A DNA stretch of 64,000 bases from Polyangiaceae bacterium (GCA_050287085.1 JBNKBE010000018.1:1-64000); one strand, 5' to 3'. Positions 9,257-20,500 are shown, counted from the stretch's first letter. Notes: a model not told the origin generated them from the letters alone. Numbers and translations: made by a program.

Positions 9257-10294
9257 GTGAGCGATGTGATGATCCAGGCCGACTCGCTGAGCAAGGAGTT
9301 CGGCACCGTACGCGCCTTGGATAACGTGACCTTCCAAGTGCAAAAAGGCGAAGTGGTAGGCTTCCTTGGCCCCAACGGGGCAGGCAAGTCCACGACGATG
9401 CGCATCATGACGTGTTTCATTTCGCCGACCAAGGGTTCGGCAAGTGTTCACGGCTTTGACGTCTTTCAAGACCCCCTCGAAGTGCGCCGCCGCATTGGCT
9501 ACCTGCCCCAACGTGCCCCGCTCTATACGGATATGGCCGTCTGGGACTATCTGCAATTTGCGGCTCAGGTGCGGCAACTGGATGCAGAGCAGTTCAAGCA
9601 GAGCATGAAGAAGGTGGTCGAGGTGTGTGGACTCAACCGAGTGCTCGGCAGCCCGATCGGTACGTTGTCACACGGCTACCGCCAGCGCGTGGGACTGGGC
9701 CAAGCCCTCATCCACGATCCACCGATCCTGATCCTGGACGAACCGACGGCGGATCTCGACCCGAACGAGAAGGCGGAGCTGCTCAACTACATCAAGGACA
9801 TCGGCAAGGACAGAACCATCTTGCTGAGCACCCACAACCTAGCTGAGGTGGAAGAGACCTGCTCCCGCGCCATCATCGTCAGCAAGGGCAAGGTGGCCGC
9901 CGACGGCGATCTAGCCGAGATTCGAGGGCGCTCGGGCTCGCTACGCTACCACGTCGTCATCTCCGGCGGTGAGGGCAAAGCACCGAAGGGCGCCGAGGCC
10001 CGCTCAGCACTCGAAGCCCTCGCCGGAGCACGCAGTGTCACAAGCAAGCCTGGCGAAGGCGGCGCCCACGTGTTCGAGATCGTAGGGGAGTCGGACGGCG
10101 ATCTGCGCGCCGACATCTTTCGCCTCAATGTGGACAAGGGCTGGACCCTGCTGGAGCTCTCGCGCGGCGCTCAAAGCCTGGACAGCGTATTCCACGAACT
10201 GACCCGAGCGGACGAGGCCAAAGACCGTGGCTCCGCGTGGAAGAGCTCACGCGACAGCGGGGACGGCAACGCCGCAAAGAAGGAGCAAAACTAA
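9257..10294 (+). CDS. ABC transporter ATP-binding protein (GldA-like)
   Basis: GPNGAGKST, LSHGYRQRVG signature, ILILDEPT, H-loop STH. Confidence 0.93.
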   Translation: MSDVMIQADSLSKEFGTVRALDNVTFQVQKGEVVGFLGPNGAGKSTTMRIMTCFISPTKGSASVHGFDVFQDPLEVRRRIGYLPQRAPLYTDMAVWDYLQFAAQVRQLDAEQFKQSMKKVVEVCGLNRVLGSPIGTLSHGYRQRVGLGQALIHDPPILILDEPTADLDPNEKAELLNYIKDIGKDRTILLSTHNLAEVEETCSRAIIVSKGKVAADGDLAEIRGRSGSLRYHVVISGGEGKAPKGAEARSALEALAGARSVTSKPGEGGAHVFEIVGESDGDLRADIFRLNVDKGWTLLELSRGAQSLDSVFHELTRADEAKDRGSAWKSSRDSGDGNAAKKEQN

Positions 10295-10297
10295 CTC

Positions 10298-11032
10298 ATG
10301 TCACCGATGCTACTAATCGCGCGCCGCGAGTTTCGATCCTACTTCGATTCGCCCGTGGCCTACGTCGTCATGTGCCTGAGCTTCTTGGGCCTTGGACTGA
10401 TGTTCTTCCAGTTCAACAAGGGCTTCTGGGAGATGGATCAAGCCAGCATGGCGATGCTGTTCTCCTACGTCCCCCCGGGACTGAGCATGCTGGTCGTCCC
10501 CGTCGTCACGATGGGGCTGATCGCCGAAGAGCGACGCAGCGGTACGCTGGAGATGCTGATCACGCTTCCTGTCAGGGACAGCGACGTCATGGTCGGCAAG
10601 TATCTGGGTGCCCTTGCGTTGGTGCTAACCCTCGTGCTCGCCACGGCTTGCTATCCAATTGTGATGTTTGTGAAGCCGTGGCAGCTGGGCGTGCTCGACT
10701 GGGGCCCGGTGCGCACGGCGTATCTCGGCCTCATTCTGTTTAGCGCGGCGTCCGTCTCCATCGGACTGCTCGTCAGCTCGCTCACAGATAGTCAGGCCGT
10801 CTCCTTCTTCGTCACGTTCTTCGTCCTGCTGGTGTTCTGGTACGTCGGCAGAGGAGCAGACTGGATGGGGGGCAACGTCGGAGAAACGCTGCGCTACATC
10901 AGTTTCGAGAACCGTATGACGGGGTTCATGCGCGGCCTGATCGATACGCGCGACATCATTTTCTTTCTTAGCATCACAGCGTTCTCGCTGTTGGCAGCTT
11001 TCCGTAAGTTGGAAAGCAGAAAGTGGGCTTGA
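10298..11032 (+). CDS. ABC-2 type permease (GldF-like)
   Basis: RREFRSYFDSPVAY, AEERRSGTLEMLITLP, GKYLG, RGLIDTRDIIFF; about 6 TM segments. Confidence 0.9.
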   Translation: MSPMLLIARREFRSYFDSPVAYVVMCLSFLGLGLMFFQFNKGFWEMDQASMAMLFSYVPPGLSMLVVPVVTMGLIAEERRSGTLEMLITLPVRDSDVMVGKYLGALALVLTLVLATACYPIVMFVKPWQLGVLDWGPVRTAYLGLILFSAASVSIGLLVSSLTDSQAVSFFVTFFVLLVFWYVGRGADWMGGNVGETLRYISFENRMTGFMRGLIDTRDIIFFLSITAFSLLAAFRKLESRKWA

Positions 11033-11034
11033 AC

Positions 11035-12879
11035 GTGGCAACTGAAGCAACACGCAAGAAAGCCGCCACGGAAAGCGGCCTGTTTCTTCTTATCGTCGCA
11101 GCGGCGGTAATTCTCCTCAATATCTTCGGAGCAAGCGCCAACAAGCGCGTCGACGCGACCAAGAATGAGCGCTACACGCTGTCGAAGGGTAGCGGGCAGC
11201 TCGTCCGTAGCCTGAAAGAGCCCATGCTCGTGGACGCATACGTCACGCGAGGACTGGCCAAGTTGGAGGTGTACGTCGACGACCTCACCAACCTGCTCTC
11301 CGAATACGAGGCCGCTTCTGACGGCAAGTTCAAGTTCACCGTCATCGAGGCGAAGACGGAAGAGCTTCGCGAACGCGCCAAGGAAGACGGACTGCAGCCG
11401 ATGGCTTTTGCCGCACAGGCCGAAACCGGAGACGATCAGGCAGCGATTGCGCAGGGCTACCTTGGCCTGGTTCTCAAGTACGGCGCCGAAAAAGACATCG
11501 TGCCGCTCAACCCGGGCATGAGCGAAGGGTTGGAGTTTCAGATCACGATGAAGATTCGTGAGTTGCGCGACAAGGCAGACTCGATCACGCATCGCATTGG
11601 CGTCTTGACGGGCAAGAAGGAACTGACTCTGAGCGACACCAATCTGGTGCCCAAGCGCGGTCAGGGCGGCCCGAATCTCAAGGGTATCATCGAGCAGTAC
11701 TTCCCCTTCTATCAATTCGTCGACGTCGACACCAAAGGCGGCGAGGAGGAGATCGATGGAGACTTGGACGGCCTGATTCTCACGCAGCCCGGGGCCGCAT
11801 ACACCGAGAAAGAACTGCGCCGCGTCGACCAATTCCTGATGCGCGGCAACAAGGCGCTCGCGGTTTTCGCCTCAGCTGTCAACATCAGCGCAGGCGACGC
11901 GAAGATGTCGGCGGAGCTGGACACCAGAGGGCTCGACACATTGCTCAGCGGCTACGGCATCGAGATTGAGAAGAATCTCCTGCTCGACTTCGGAGCGCAG
12001 TTTCAAACCATCGTACCGACGCAGGCTGGGCTCGCACAAATCCGGCATCCGCCCATCGCGCACGTCCTGAACGACCCGCGCTTCGATGACGACAAGAAGC
12101 TCCTGGACACGGGTTTCGCCACCTTCTTCCGGTTGGACGAGATTGCCTTCCCTTACCCGTCGGGGCTCAAGATACTGAAGGACAAGCAGCCAGCGGACGT
12201 GACGATAAAAGTCGTCGCCCGCACCACCGCAAACACGAGCGAGCTGAAGTTCGAAGAGAAGACCGACCTTTCACTCAGGGGTGAAGGTTGGGAGCCGAAG
12301 CCCGATCCCGAACAGCACGCCATCGCCGCAGTTGCTGAGGGCCCGCTGAAGAGCGCGTTCGCCGGTAGTAGCGACAACATGGGGGTGGAGACACCTGAGG
12401 TTGCGGCTGCACCGTCCCGCGTACTGGTGGTCGCTTCCAGTCAGTTCCTCACCAATCCCTTTGCCTATGCTGGGAACGGCCCGGACTTTGGCGGCCAGTT
12501 TGCCATGATGGGCAATGTGGGAGGTGATCAAACGCTGCTTGCCGTCGCACAGCCCTACGCCCAGCGCTACCTCACCAACGTCATCATGGCGTTCAAGAAC
12601 ACGCTGGACTGGATTACGGGCGATCAAGATCTGATCGCAGTGAGCGCCAAGATCATCGCCAATCCGAATCTCCGCTATACTCAGGTGGATCCGCCGACGG
12701 GCGCAGTGTCCGAGGAGCAGCTCCGAGCGCTCGACGAAGAAAACAAGCAACTGCGACACAAGACTCAGCAGCGCATAGAGTGGACTCTGACCCTGGGCCT
12801 ACCCATTCTGTTTGCGGCCTTCGGAGTATGGCGATGGCGCACGCGCCTCCGCCACCGAAGCAGCTACCAGGTGGGATGA
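11035..12879 (+). CDS. GldG-family ABC auxiliary component
   Basis: N- and C-terminal TMs, DATKNERYTLS, LEFQIT, ELRRVDQFLMRG, NTLDWITGDQDLIAV. Confidence 0.85.
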   Translation: MATEATRKKAATESGLFLLIVAAAVILLNIFGASANKRVDATKNERYTLSKGSGQLVRSLKEPMLVDAYVTRGLAKLEVYVDDLTNLLSEYEAASDGKFKFTVIEAKTEELRERAKEDGLQPMAFAAQAETGDDQAAIAQGYLGLVLKYGAEKDIVPLNPGMSEGLEFQITMKIRELRDKADSITHRIGVLTGKKELTLSDTNLVPKRGQGGPNLKGIIEQYFPFYQFVDVDTKGGEEEIDGDLDGLILTQPGAAYTEKELRRVDQFLMRGNKALAVFASAVNISAGDAKMSAELDTRGLDTLLSGYGIEIEKNLLLDFGAQFQTIVPTQAGLAQIRHPPIAHVLNDPRFDDDKKLLDTGFATFFRLDEIAFPYPSGLKILKDKQPADVTIKVVARTTANTSELKFEEKTDLSLRGEGWEPKPDPEQHAIAAVAEGPLKSAFAGSSDNMGVETPEVAAAPSRVLVVASSQFLTNPFAYAGNGPDFGGQFAMMGNVGGDQTLLAVAQPYAQRYLTNVIMAFKNTLDWITGDQDLIAVSAKIIANPNLRYTQVDPPTGAVSEEQLRALDEENKQLRHKTQQRIEWTLTLGLPILFAAFGVWRWRTRLRHRSSYQVG

Positions 12880-12982
12880 TCAGGCCGTCAGCAGATGACG
12901 CTGAGCTCGAACGCCGGCGAGAGAGCAATACGAGGCTCGTCTCGCCGGCTCCGTGAGCCGGCTTCAAGTTTATAGGAGAATC

Positions 12983-14011
12983 ATGGACAGCACCAAAAGA
13001 CTCTACGTAGCGTTGGGTGCGCTCGCCCTCGGCGGCGTGCTGGTATTTCAGCAGACCAAGAAAGAGCAATCAGTCGAACAGGCACACAGTCTCGCTGCTG
13101 CTCAAGGACAGCTTCCAGAGCTCGCTCTCGAGGAAGAGGTCACCAAGACCATCGACACCGTCGAGCTACACGTACCGCCAGAAAAGAAGGAAGATGGGTC
13201 CGGCGAGGCGATCGATGTCGTGCTGAAAAAGCAGGGTGATGATCAATGGGTCCTCGACAAGCCCATGAGCTACCCAGCGAATCTGAACAACGTCACGTCG
13301 CTGCTCAAGAACCTCACGAGCCTGAAGCTCGTCGAGCAGGTGAGCCAGCGCACCGACGCCTACGACAAGTGGGGACTTGCTGGCGATGACGCACTACACG
13401 CCGTCTTCAAGAAGGGCGACGAAGTGCTCCTCGACGCCTATTTTGGCAACAACGGCTCTCGCGGTCAGATGACGCGCTTGGGGAACCAAGACGGTGTCTT
13501 CGCTGTATCGGGCTTCTCTCGGTACCTCTACGCCCGCGACGTGACCAACTGGCGAGACAAGGCGCTGTTCAAGTTCGACGACAAGGACGTCGAACACGTG
13601 GTGGTCGACAATGAAAGCGGTCGGTTTGAATTCACCCGTGACGGCAGCTCCTGGAAAGGACTGCTGAAGGGCAAAGCGATCGAGCGATTCAAGGCCTCAA
13701 AGGTCGACGACTTGCTTCGCGCTTTCAAGGCGCTCAACGCCAACGGCTTCGGCGACGACAAGAAGGCCCAAGACGTGGGGCTGGGAGAGAAGGCACTTGC
13801 TACCGTAACAATCACGATGAAGGACGGTGGCCAGTCCTACGCCCTAAAGGTTGGCGATACAGCTGAAGGTAGCTCGCGCTGGGTTCAGGTAGGTGGCAAG
13901 GACGACCTCTTCAGTATCAGCTCTTGGGCTGCGGACTGGGCTACGGCAGAGCCGACCAAGTTCCAGGAAAAGGCTGAAGAAGCTGACGAGCCCGTCGCCT
14001 CCCCCGAGTAG
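12983..14011 (+). CDS. DUF4340 domain membrane-anchored protein
   Basis: AGGAGA SD, N-terminal anchor, two internally repeated halves, WRDKALF motif; usual position downstream of gldG-like genes. Confidence 0.75.
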   Translation: MDSTKRLYVALGALALGGVLVFQQTKKEQSVEQAHSLAAAQGQLPELALEEEVTKTIDTVELHVPPEKKEDGSGEAIDVVLKKQGDDQWVLDKPMSYPANLNNVTSLLKNLTSLKLVEQVSQRTDAYDKWGLAGDDALHAVFKKGDEVLLDAYFGNNGSRGQMTRLGNQDGVFAVSGFSRYLYARDVTNWRDKALFKFDDKDVEHVVVDNESGRFEFTRDGSSWKGLLKGKAIERFKASKVDDLLRAFKALNANGFGDDKKAQDVGLGEKALATVTITMKDGGQSYALKVGDTAEGSSRWVQVGGKDDLFSISSWAADWATAEPTKFQEKAEEADEPVASPE

Positions 14012-14075
14012 AGAAAACTAGGAGCCGTCGAAAGGCCTCCCCCTCTGCCATCCGCGGCATTGGGGGCGACGCTCT

Positions 14076-14197
14076 GCCCTCCCCCTCTTTGGGGGTGGGC
14101 TCAAGGCCGTGAACGGAAAAGCCCTACCACGCCGGTCGCTGCTCTTGCTGTGGCGGGCGGGCTCGTCGCGTCAGTCTCGACCGACTCGCGACTGACG
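14076..14197. terminator. Two GC-rich hairpins between convergent genes (possible terminators)
   Basis: GCCCTCCCCC-TCTTT-GGGGGTGGGC (14076-14100) and CGTCAGTCTCGA-CCGAC-TCGCGACTGACG (14169-14197). No clear U-tract. Confidence 0.4.
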
Positions 14198-14214
14198 TTC
14201 CCATCCGCTGGCCC

Positions 14215-14799
14215 TTAGGACTCTGCTCTGGGCGCCACCTGAGCGCCTGAAACGTACGCCTGCCAGCTCCGAATCTCGTGGTCCAATCGCCGCCGCGACC
14301 AGCGTTCGATTTCGGCCATTCGCATGAAGTACAGCTGATACTGGTCCTCGACGCCCAGAATGACGCTCAGGTGGGCTACTCCGAGATGCCGGTAGCTGCC
14401 CAACTCCGGAAACCGAACGTAGAGCTGATAGATGGCTAGGGCGCGCCACAACGTGGACACCGGCATGCCTCGCATCGCCGCCAGCTTTCTAAACGACGCC
14501 AGCTTGCGCCCCCGAGCCCCAACTCGCCCACGTTCAGCCGGTGGTAGCGTTTGGTAGATCTCATATCCAAGACGAATCGCCTTCAGACTCGAGGAGATCG
14601 GCGCTTCGCTCATGTGCGACTGGCTCCACCCTTCCGAACGGCGCTGCCCCTGGGCGAAGACGTGCTGATGAAGACGTACACCGGAGTCCGGCCCACGCTG
14701 CCCCTCAGCGGCCAGATGACGACTGACGGCGAGGTGACCATTGACGGCGCTGTGATCGGTTGCGAGACGGAGGTCGTAGGCGGGTTGGGCGTTGTACAT
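14215..14799 (-). CDS. Hypothetical protein resembling the DUF1016/YhcG N-terminal (ParB-like helical) domain, stand-alone
   Basis: AAGGAG SD. SFRKLA..STLWRALAIY...LGVAHLSVILGVED...YFMRMAEIERWSRRRLDHEI parallels the DUF1016_N pattern LSWSH..LL....R.FY...A..E.WS.R.L..QI. Confidence 0.6.
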   Translation of the reverse strand: MYNAQPAYDLRLATDHSAVNGHLAVSRHLAAEGQRGPDSGVRLHQHVFAQGQRRSEGWSQSHMSEAPISSSLKAIRLGYEIYQTLPPAERGRVGARGRKLASFRKLAAMRGMPVSTLWRALAIYQLYVRFPELGSYRHLGVAHLSVILGVEDQYQLYFMRMAEIERWSRRRLDHEIRSWQAYVSGAQVAPRAES

Positions 14800-14906
14800 G
14801 TTCTTGGTGACTCCTTGCGAACCACCTAAGCAAGCACCGTACCATCGCACGTTGGGCCTACATTCCCCTTTAGTTACTCATACTTAGACAAGTCGCAGCG
14901 GCGTGA

Positions 14907-14955
14907 AGTTGCCCGAGTTGCCCGAGTTGCCCGAGTTGCCGTCTGAGTTGCCCGA
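14907..14955. repeat. Tandem repeat AGTTGCCCG, about 5 copies (one variant, one 3-nt insert)
   Basis: Exact copies at 14907, 14916, 14925 and 14946; variant at 14934. Lies in a divergent intergenic region. Confidence 0.85.
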
Positions 14956-15216
14956 TCTGTCTCACCGCGGACCCAAGGCAGCGCCCCAAATCGGGGTCAT
15001 AAACCGTTGCCGTGAACCCCACATGGTGAAACGGCCGGTGAGCCGTTGTGAAACGAGTGCTCCTGTACGCTTCGCATTCTCCGCATCCCACAGAGTGGCT
15101 GGCCAAATGCCCTGGGCATTCCGTCAGCTTGCCTCTATGCAACGGCTGCCGCTGGATAGGCGACGAGTGCAACCGCCAACACGCTACGAGGAAGAAAGAC
15201 CGTCGACGAGGTAGAC

Positions 15217-16218
15217 ATGCAAAACAACTGCATCGCACACGCCCTCAGCACCGATGGAAGCCTGGCATTCCTCGAAGAGCTCAGTCACACGCTCCAGACG
15301 GGTGTCCGCAGCGAACACCCCTCGGACAACGAGCACCGCCTGGTTTGGAGCAGCAACAACCTCGCCGGACAGGCGATGCAAATCGACCTGAAGTCGGGCG
15401 CGCGGCTGATGAACTTGGCCGTGCGAGGCGACTACGACGTCGAGTTCGAGCTCGTTCAGCAGCGCTGCTGCGTGACCCTGTGCTTCTTTCGCACTCACTC
15501 CATGCAGATCTGTACGAGCGATGGTTCGTCGCTGACTACGGCGCCGGGCTACTTCACGCTGGCCAGAACGCGCCAGCCTACGCGGTTCTTTTGCCGTTCG
15601 TTCACGCGCATAGGTCACGACCAACTGATGGTACAGTTCGAATTGCCGCAGCTCTATGATTGGCTACCGCCCACAGGTTGGTCGACGAAGCTCGGAAGCC
15701 TGTTGCGTGAAGAAGAACCCTTCACTCACCTGCAGGGAGCCATACCCGCCAAGGCCAGTCGCTTGCTCAACGACATTAGCCAATGCACATTGGCCGGGCC
15801 CATGCGCTCTCTATACCTGGAAGAGAAGGTGGCGGAACTGGTGATGAGCGCTCTCGACAGCCTCTTCGGCTTCACCCGCAGCGGAGGGGAGAGCGCGCAG
15901 CGCGACGCAAAGCAACTGGAATACGCCCGAGGCGCGTTGCTTCAGACGATCGACGCGCCCCCGTCGCTACACGAATTGGCGCGGCTCTCTGGTTTGAACG
16001 ACCGACGCCTAAAAGAAGGATTCAAGGCCCGCTTCGGTACCACCGTCTTTGGCTTCGTGCGACGAGAACGCATGGCTCGCGCTCACTCCCTGCTGCGTGA
16101 CCGCCGCAGCGTAACCGAAGTGGCGTTGTCCGTTGGCTACGCCAATCCCAGCAAGTTTGCTGCGGCATTTCGTCGCGAGTTTGGAGTGGTGCCGAGCGCC
16201 CTCAGCCCAGCACTTTGA
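15217..16218 (+). CDS. AraC-family transcriptional regulator (PchR-like)
   Basis: C-terminal PPSLHELARLSGLNDRRLKEGFKARFGTTVFGF...SVTEVALSVGYANPSKFAAAFRREFG; LYLEEKVAEL. Confidence 0.92.
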   Translation: MQNNCIAHALSTDGSLAFLEELSHTLQTGVRSEHPSDNEHRLVWSSNNLAGQAMQIDLKSGARLMNLAVRGDYDVEFELVQQRCCVTLCFFRTHSMQICTSDGSSLTTAPGYFTLARTRQPTRFFCRSFTRIGHDQLMVQFELPQLYDWLPPTGWSTKLGSLLREEEPFTHLQGAIPAKASRLLNDISQCTLAGPMRSLYLEEKVAELVMSALDSLFGFTRSGGESAQRDAKQLEYARGALLQTIDAPPSLHELARLSGLNDRRLKEGFKARFGTTVFGFVRRERMARAHSLLRDRRSVTEVALSVGYANPSKFAAAFRREFGVVPSALSPAL

Positions 16219-16360
16219 TGTCAACCCCACGCGCGTTCAAAACCTCGGCAGATTGATTCCAGCCCTGTCACAACTGAAGACGTGAAAACCGCAAGGCGGA
16301 ACCGACAAAGTCCCGCTTGGAGCTGTGTCGCTTGGCTCCGAGACATAAAGTCCCGGCACA

Positions 16361-17494
16361 ATGCGACGCCTTCGATGCCTTGCGCCCGTCTGCCTTTCCC
16401 TCCTCGTCCTCGGTCCCATCGCCTGCGGCCGTGCTCAGGCCAATGAAACCCCTGAGGCCGCCCCCATGCCCAAGGGCGACACCCAGGCAACCCGCTCGCT
16501 CGCAGGTCACCGCGTAGAAGTGGCCATTGTTGAGCCGTCGCGCGGCGCTTTGCGTCTGGCCGTCCCCGGTGAGGTGGAAGGTGATCGCGATGCGTTCCTA
16601 GCGGCCCCGCTTGGCGGATACATCGAGCGCGTCTTGGTCGAAGAAGGCGATCGCGTCAAACGCGGACAAATCCTGGTCAACGTCGATCGGGCAACCCATG
16701 CTGCGCGCCAGGAACGCGCTCGGGTTGAACTCGCGTCTGCCGAGCGAGAGCTGAAGCGTACGCAGGCACTTGCGGGCACCATTCCGCAGGCGGATATCGA
16801 CGCCGCGGAGGACCGGGTGAAGCTGGCCAAAGCAACACTTCACGAGTTGGAACTCAATGCGTCCCGCGCGATTGTCAGCGCGCCCTTCAGCGGGTCCATC
16901 GTCAAGGTGAACGCCGAGGTAGGGGAGGTTGCGGCCCCAGGAACACCCCTTGTTCGCCTCGTGAAGCTCGATCCCGCTCGCGTCACGATAGCCCTCTCCG
17001 ACCGGGATATCTCGCTCGCCAAAGTAGGTGCCAAAGCTCGCGTCTACCTGGACGCTCGCTCTGGCGTGTACGAGGGAACCGTCACCTCAATCGCATCCGC
17101 CGCAGATCTGAAGACGCGCTCCTTCGAAGCCGTCATCGAGGTCCAGAATGAGCGCGAAGAACTGCTTCCGGGCATGATCGCCAATGTCGAACTCGACTCC
17201 AAAGACGACGCCGATGCCCCGCCAGGAGCCCCGACGAAGTTGGTCATTTCGCAGGACTGGCTCGTCACCAAACCCGACGGCGTAGGGCTCTTTGTCGTTG
17301 AAGCCGGCAAAGCCGTGTGGCGTTCGGTTGAACTCGGAGACGTGCTGCGCAAGCAGGTCGTTGTGAAGAGTGGCCTTTCCGCAGGAGACGCTCTGATCAT
17401 CGTCGGACATCGCGATCTGGTAGCCGGCGATCAAGTCTTGATTCACCGTCAGGGCGTCTGCTGCGTGGGCGGACGCGCCACCTTCTCGGAGTAA
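16361..17494 (+). CDS. RND efflux periplasmic adaptor (MFP) lipoprotein
   Basis: Lipobox PIAC, GYIERVLVEEGDRVKRGQIL, APFSG, LLPGM, GLSAGD. Confidence 0.92.
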   Translation: MRRLRCLAPVCLSLLVLGPIACGRAQANETPEAAPMPKGDTQATRSLAGHRVEVAIVEPSRGALRLAVPGEVEGDRDAFLAAPLGGYIERVLVEEGDRVKRGQILVNVDRATHAARQERARVELASAERELKRTQALAGTIPQADIDAAEDRVKLAKATLHELELNASRAIVSAPFSGSIVKVNAEVGEVAAPGTPLVRLVKLDPARVTIALSDRDISLAKVGAKARVYLDARSGVYEGTVTSIASAADLKTRSFEAVIEVQNEREELLPGMIANVELDSKDDADAPPGAPTKLVISQDWLVTKPDGVGLFVVEAGKAVWRSVELGDVLRKQVVVKSGLSAGDALIIVGHRDLVAGDQVLIHRQGVCCVGGRATFSE

Positions 17495-17500
17495 CACACC

Positions 17501-20500
17501 ATGTTGAAATTCATCGTCGGACACCGGGCCCCGGTGCTGCTGCTCACGGTGTGCATCCTGCTGCTGGGCACGGTTTCCTATCTCAATCTACCGCGCGAGA
17601 ACAATCCGGACGTCAAGATCCCGCTCGTCACCGTGACGACACCCTACCCTGGGGTTTCCCCCAGAGACATCGAGACGCTGGTCACGATTCCGCTCGAAAA
17701 CGAGCTCTCGGGCGTAAAAGACCTGAAGACAATGACGAGTACGAGCGCGGAAGGCATCAGTGTCGTCACGCTCGAGTTCGATCCGGAGATCGTCATTCAG
17801 GATGCGCTCCAACTGGTACGAGATCGTGTAAGCCGCGGGCGAACAGACATTCCGAACGACGCGGAAGAGTCGGACGTCCGAGAGATCTCCTTCTCCGACA
17901 TGCCGATCATGCTGATCAACATTGCGGGACCAGTCGACGAGACCGTCTTGAAGAAGGTGGCCGAGGATCTCCAGGATGAGCTGAAGCGCATTCCCGGGGT
18001 GCTCGATGTTCAGCTCTCAGGCGGACGAACCCGAGAGTTTCGGGTTCAGGTCAATCCCAACCGGCTTGCGCACTACGAGCTGGGTCTGTCGGACGTTGCC
18101 AACGCAATTGGCAACGAAAACGTCAACATCCCCGGCGGTGAAGTCGCGGCCTCTTCCGGCAACTTCCTCGTGCGTGTCCCCGGGGAATTCGGCGGCGCGG
18201 CTGAGATCGAAAACGTGGCCCTCCCCCGAAGAGGAGACCGGCCAGTATTCGTGAGAGACGTAGCTTCAGTCATCGACGGGTTCGAAGACAGAACAACCTA
18301 CTCCCGCATGAATGGCGAACCCAGTGTCTCCCTTGGCCTGGTCAAGCGCACTGGAGCAAATATCGTCGAAGTGGCAACCAGCGCCAAGGCGATCGCCAAG
18401 CAACACGCTGAGAAGTGGCCCGACGGTACCGAGTACCGCGTTCTTGCAGACCAGAGCCGTGACGTAGACAACTTGGTCGCGGAACTCGAGAACAACATCC
18501 TGCTCGCGCTGATCCTGGTCATGGGGGTCATCTTGCTGTTCATGGGTGTCAAGAACAGCTTGTTCATCGCGTTTTCCATCCCACTGAGCATGCTGGGCGG
18601 CATGCTGGTGTTCTCGCTCATGGATGTGACGCTGAACATGGTGGTCTTGTTCTCGCTCATCCTCGTGCTCGGCATGCTGGTCGACAACGCAATCGTGCTT
18701 GTCGAAAATATCTACCGCCACCTCGAGATGGGAAAGTCGCCAACCCAGGCGTCCATTGATGGCGCTCAGGAAGTTGCTGGTGCAGTCGCAGCGTCGACCA
18801 TGACCACCGTGGCCGCGTTCGTACCGCTGCTTGCGTGGACGGGCATCATGGGCGAGTTCATGGTGTACCTGCCCCTCACGCTGGTCGTGGTTTTGTTGAG
18901 CAGCCTATTTGTGGCCATCGTGGTACTGCCGGTGCTGACGGCAGTTGGCCTGCGACCGAAACCGGCAGTGGAGCGCGACGAGGCCGCTGAGGCCGAGCGC
19001 AGCTGGATCGTGCGATTCTATCGTGCAAGCCTCGAGTTCGCGCTGCGCCATCGCTGGCTCACGACGTTAGGCAGTTTGGCAATGCTGATTGGCACGTTCA
19101 TGTTCTACGGAGCCAACAACCACGGTACGGAGTTCTTCCCCGACGTGGAACCCGATCGGGCGGTCATCACCGTACGCGCTCCGGACGGAACAGGGCTGGA
19201 GGAGACCGACCGTATCGTTCGAGAGATCGAAGACATCCTGCTGGCCGAGCCCAACATCGAAACCTACGTCGCAGAAACGGGCATTTCCGCCAGCGACTTC
19301 AGCTCTTCGAACGCGACCAATCAAGCCCGAATCACCCTGAACTTCTACCCTCACGCGAGCAAGGCGTTGGCCGGAGAAACGCCGCGCAAAGAGCCCAGCT
19401 CAAAGACCGTTAAGCGCGTCCGCGAACGCGTCACCGTGCTCACCGGCGCGGAGATCAAGGTCGAGAAAGAACGCAATGGTCCGCCCGTAGGCAAACCCAT
19501 CAGCGTCGAAATCAGCGCCAAGGACTACCACCTAGCGGGGGAAGCCTCAGCGCGCTTGAAGCGCGAATTGGCAGAAATTCCAGGCGTAACAGGCTTGCAG
19601 GACAACTATCGCGTAGGCCGCCCCGAGCTGCGATTCCGGGTGGATAGAGGCGCTGCCAAGCGCATTGGTGCGAGCACCGGGGAAATCGCAAACTCGGTTC
19701 GTTCAGCTATCAACGGAGTGAAGGCATCCAGCTTCCGCGACGGTGAAGATGAATACGACATCACCGTTGAACTGGCTCCGGAGTTCAAGGACGACTTGCA
19801 GTCGGTCCTCGCCCTGCGCATCCCTGGACGTGAGGACATGGAACTCGGCACTTTCAGCGTGCCGATCTCCACTGTCGCTCAGTACTCCCTGACTGGTGGT
19901 ACCGGCTCAATCAATCATAAGAGTCAAGAGCCGGTCGTTACGCTCGGAGGGGATGTCGAAGAGGGCTTCAATGAAAACGCGGTTCGAGCCGCCGTGGTGG
20001 AGTATCTGAAGAAATTCGAGACACCCGACGGCGTCAAGACCCGCCTTGGCGGCGCCGACGACGAGCAGCGAAAGTCACAGGAGTTCTTGGGCAACGCGTT
20101 TCTGATCGCCATCTTCTTGATCGGCTTGGTACTCGTAGGACAGTTCAACCGATTCGATATCCCGCTCATCATCCTGGCGTCGGTTGTATTGTCGCTGATC
20201 GGTGTGCTGTGGGGCCTTCTCCTCACCGGTACCGCCTTCGGTATCATCATGACGGGGTTGGGAGTCATCTCGCTCGCCGGGGTCGTGGTCAACAACGCCA
20301 TCGTATTGCTCGACTACGTCGAACAGCTGCGAGCGGGAGGCACCCCGAGACAGGAAGCGCTGATCCTCGCTGGGACGACTCGCTTCCGCCCCGTGATGCT
20401 GACAGCGACAACAACCATCTTGGGACTCGTGCCCATGGCGATCGGGCTCAGTATCGATTTTCGCGCTGGCCGCGTGTTTATGGGAACTCAGAGCAGTGAG

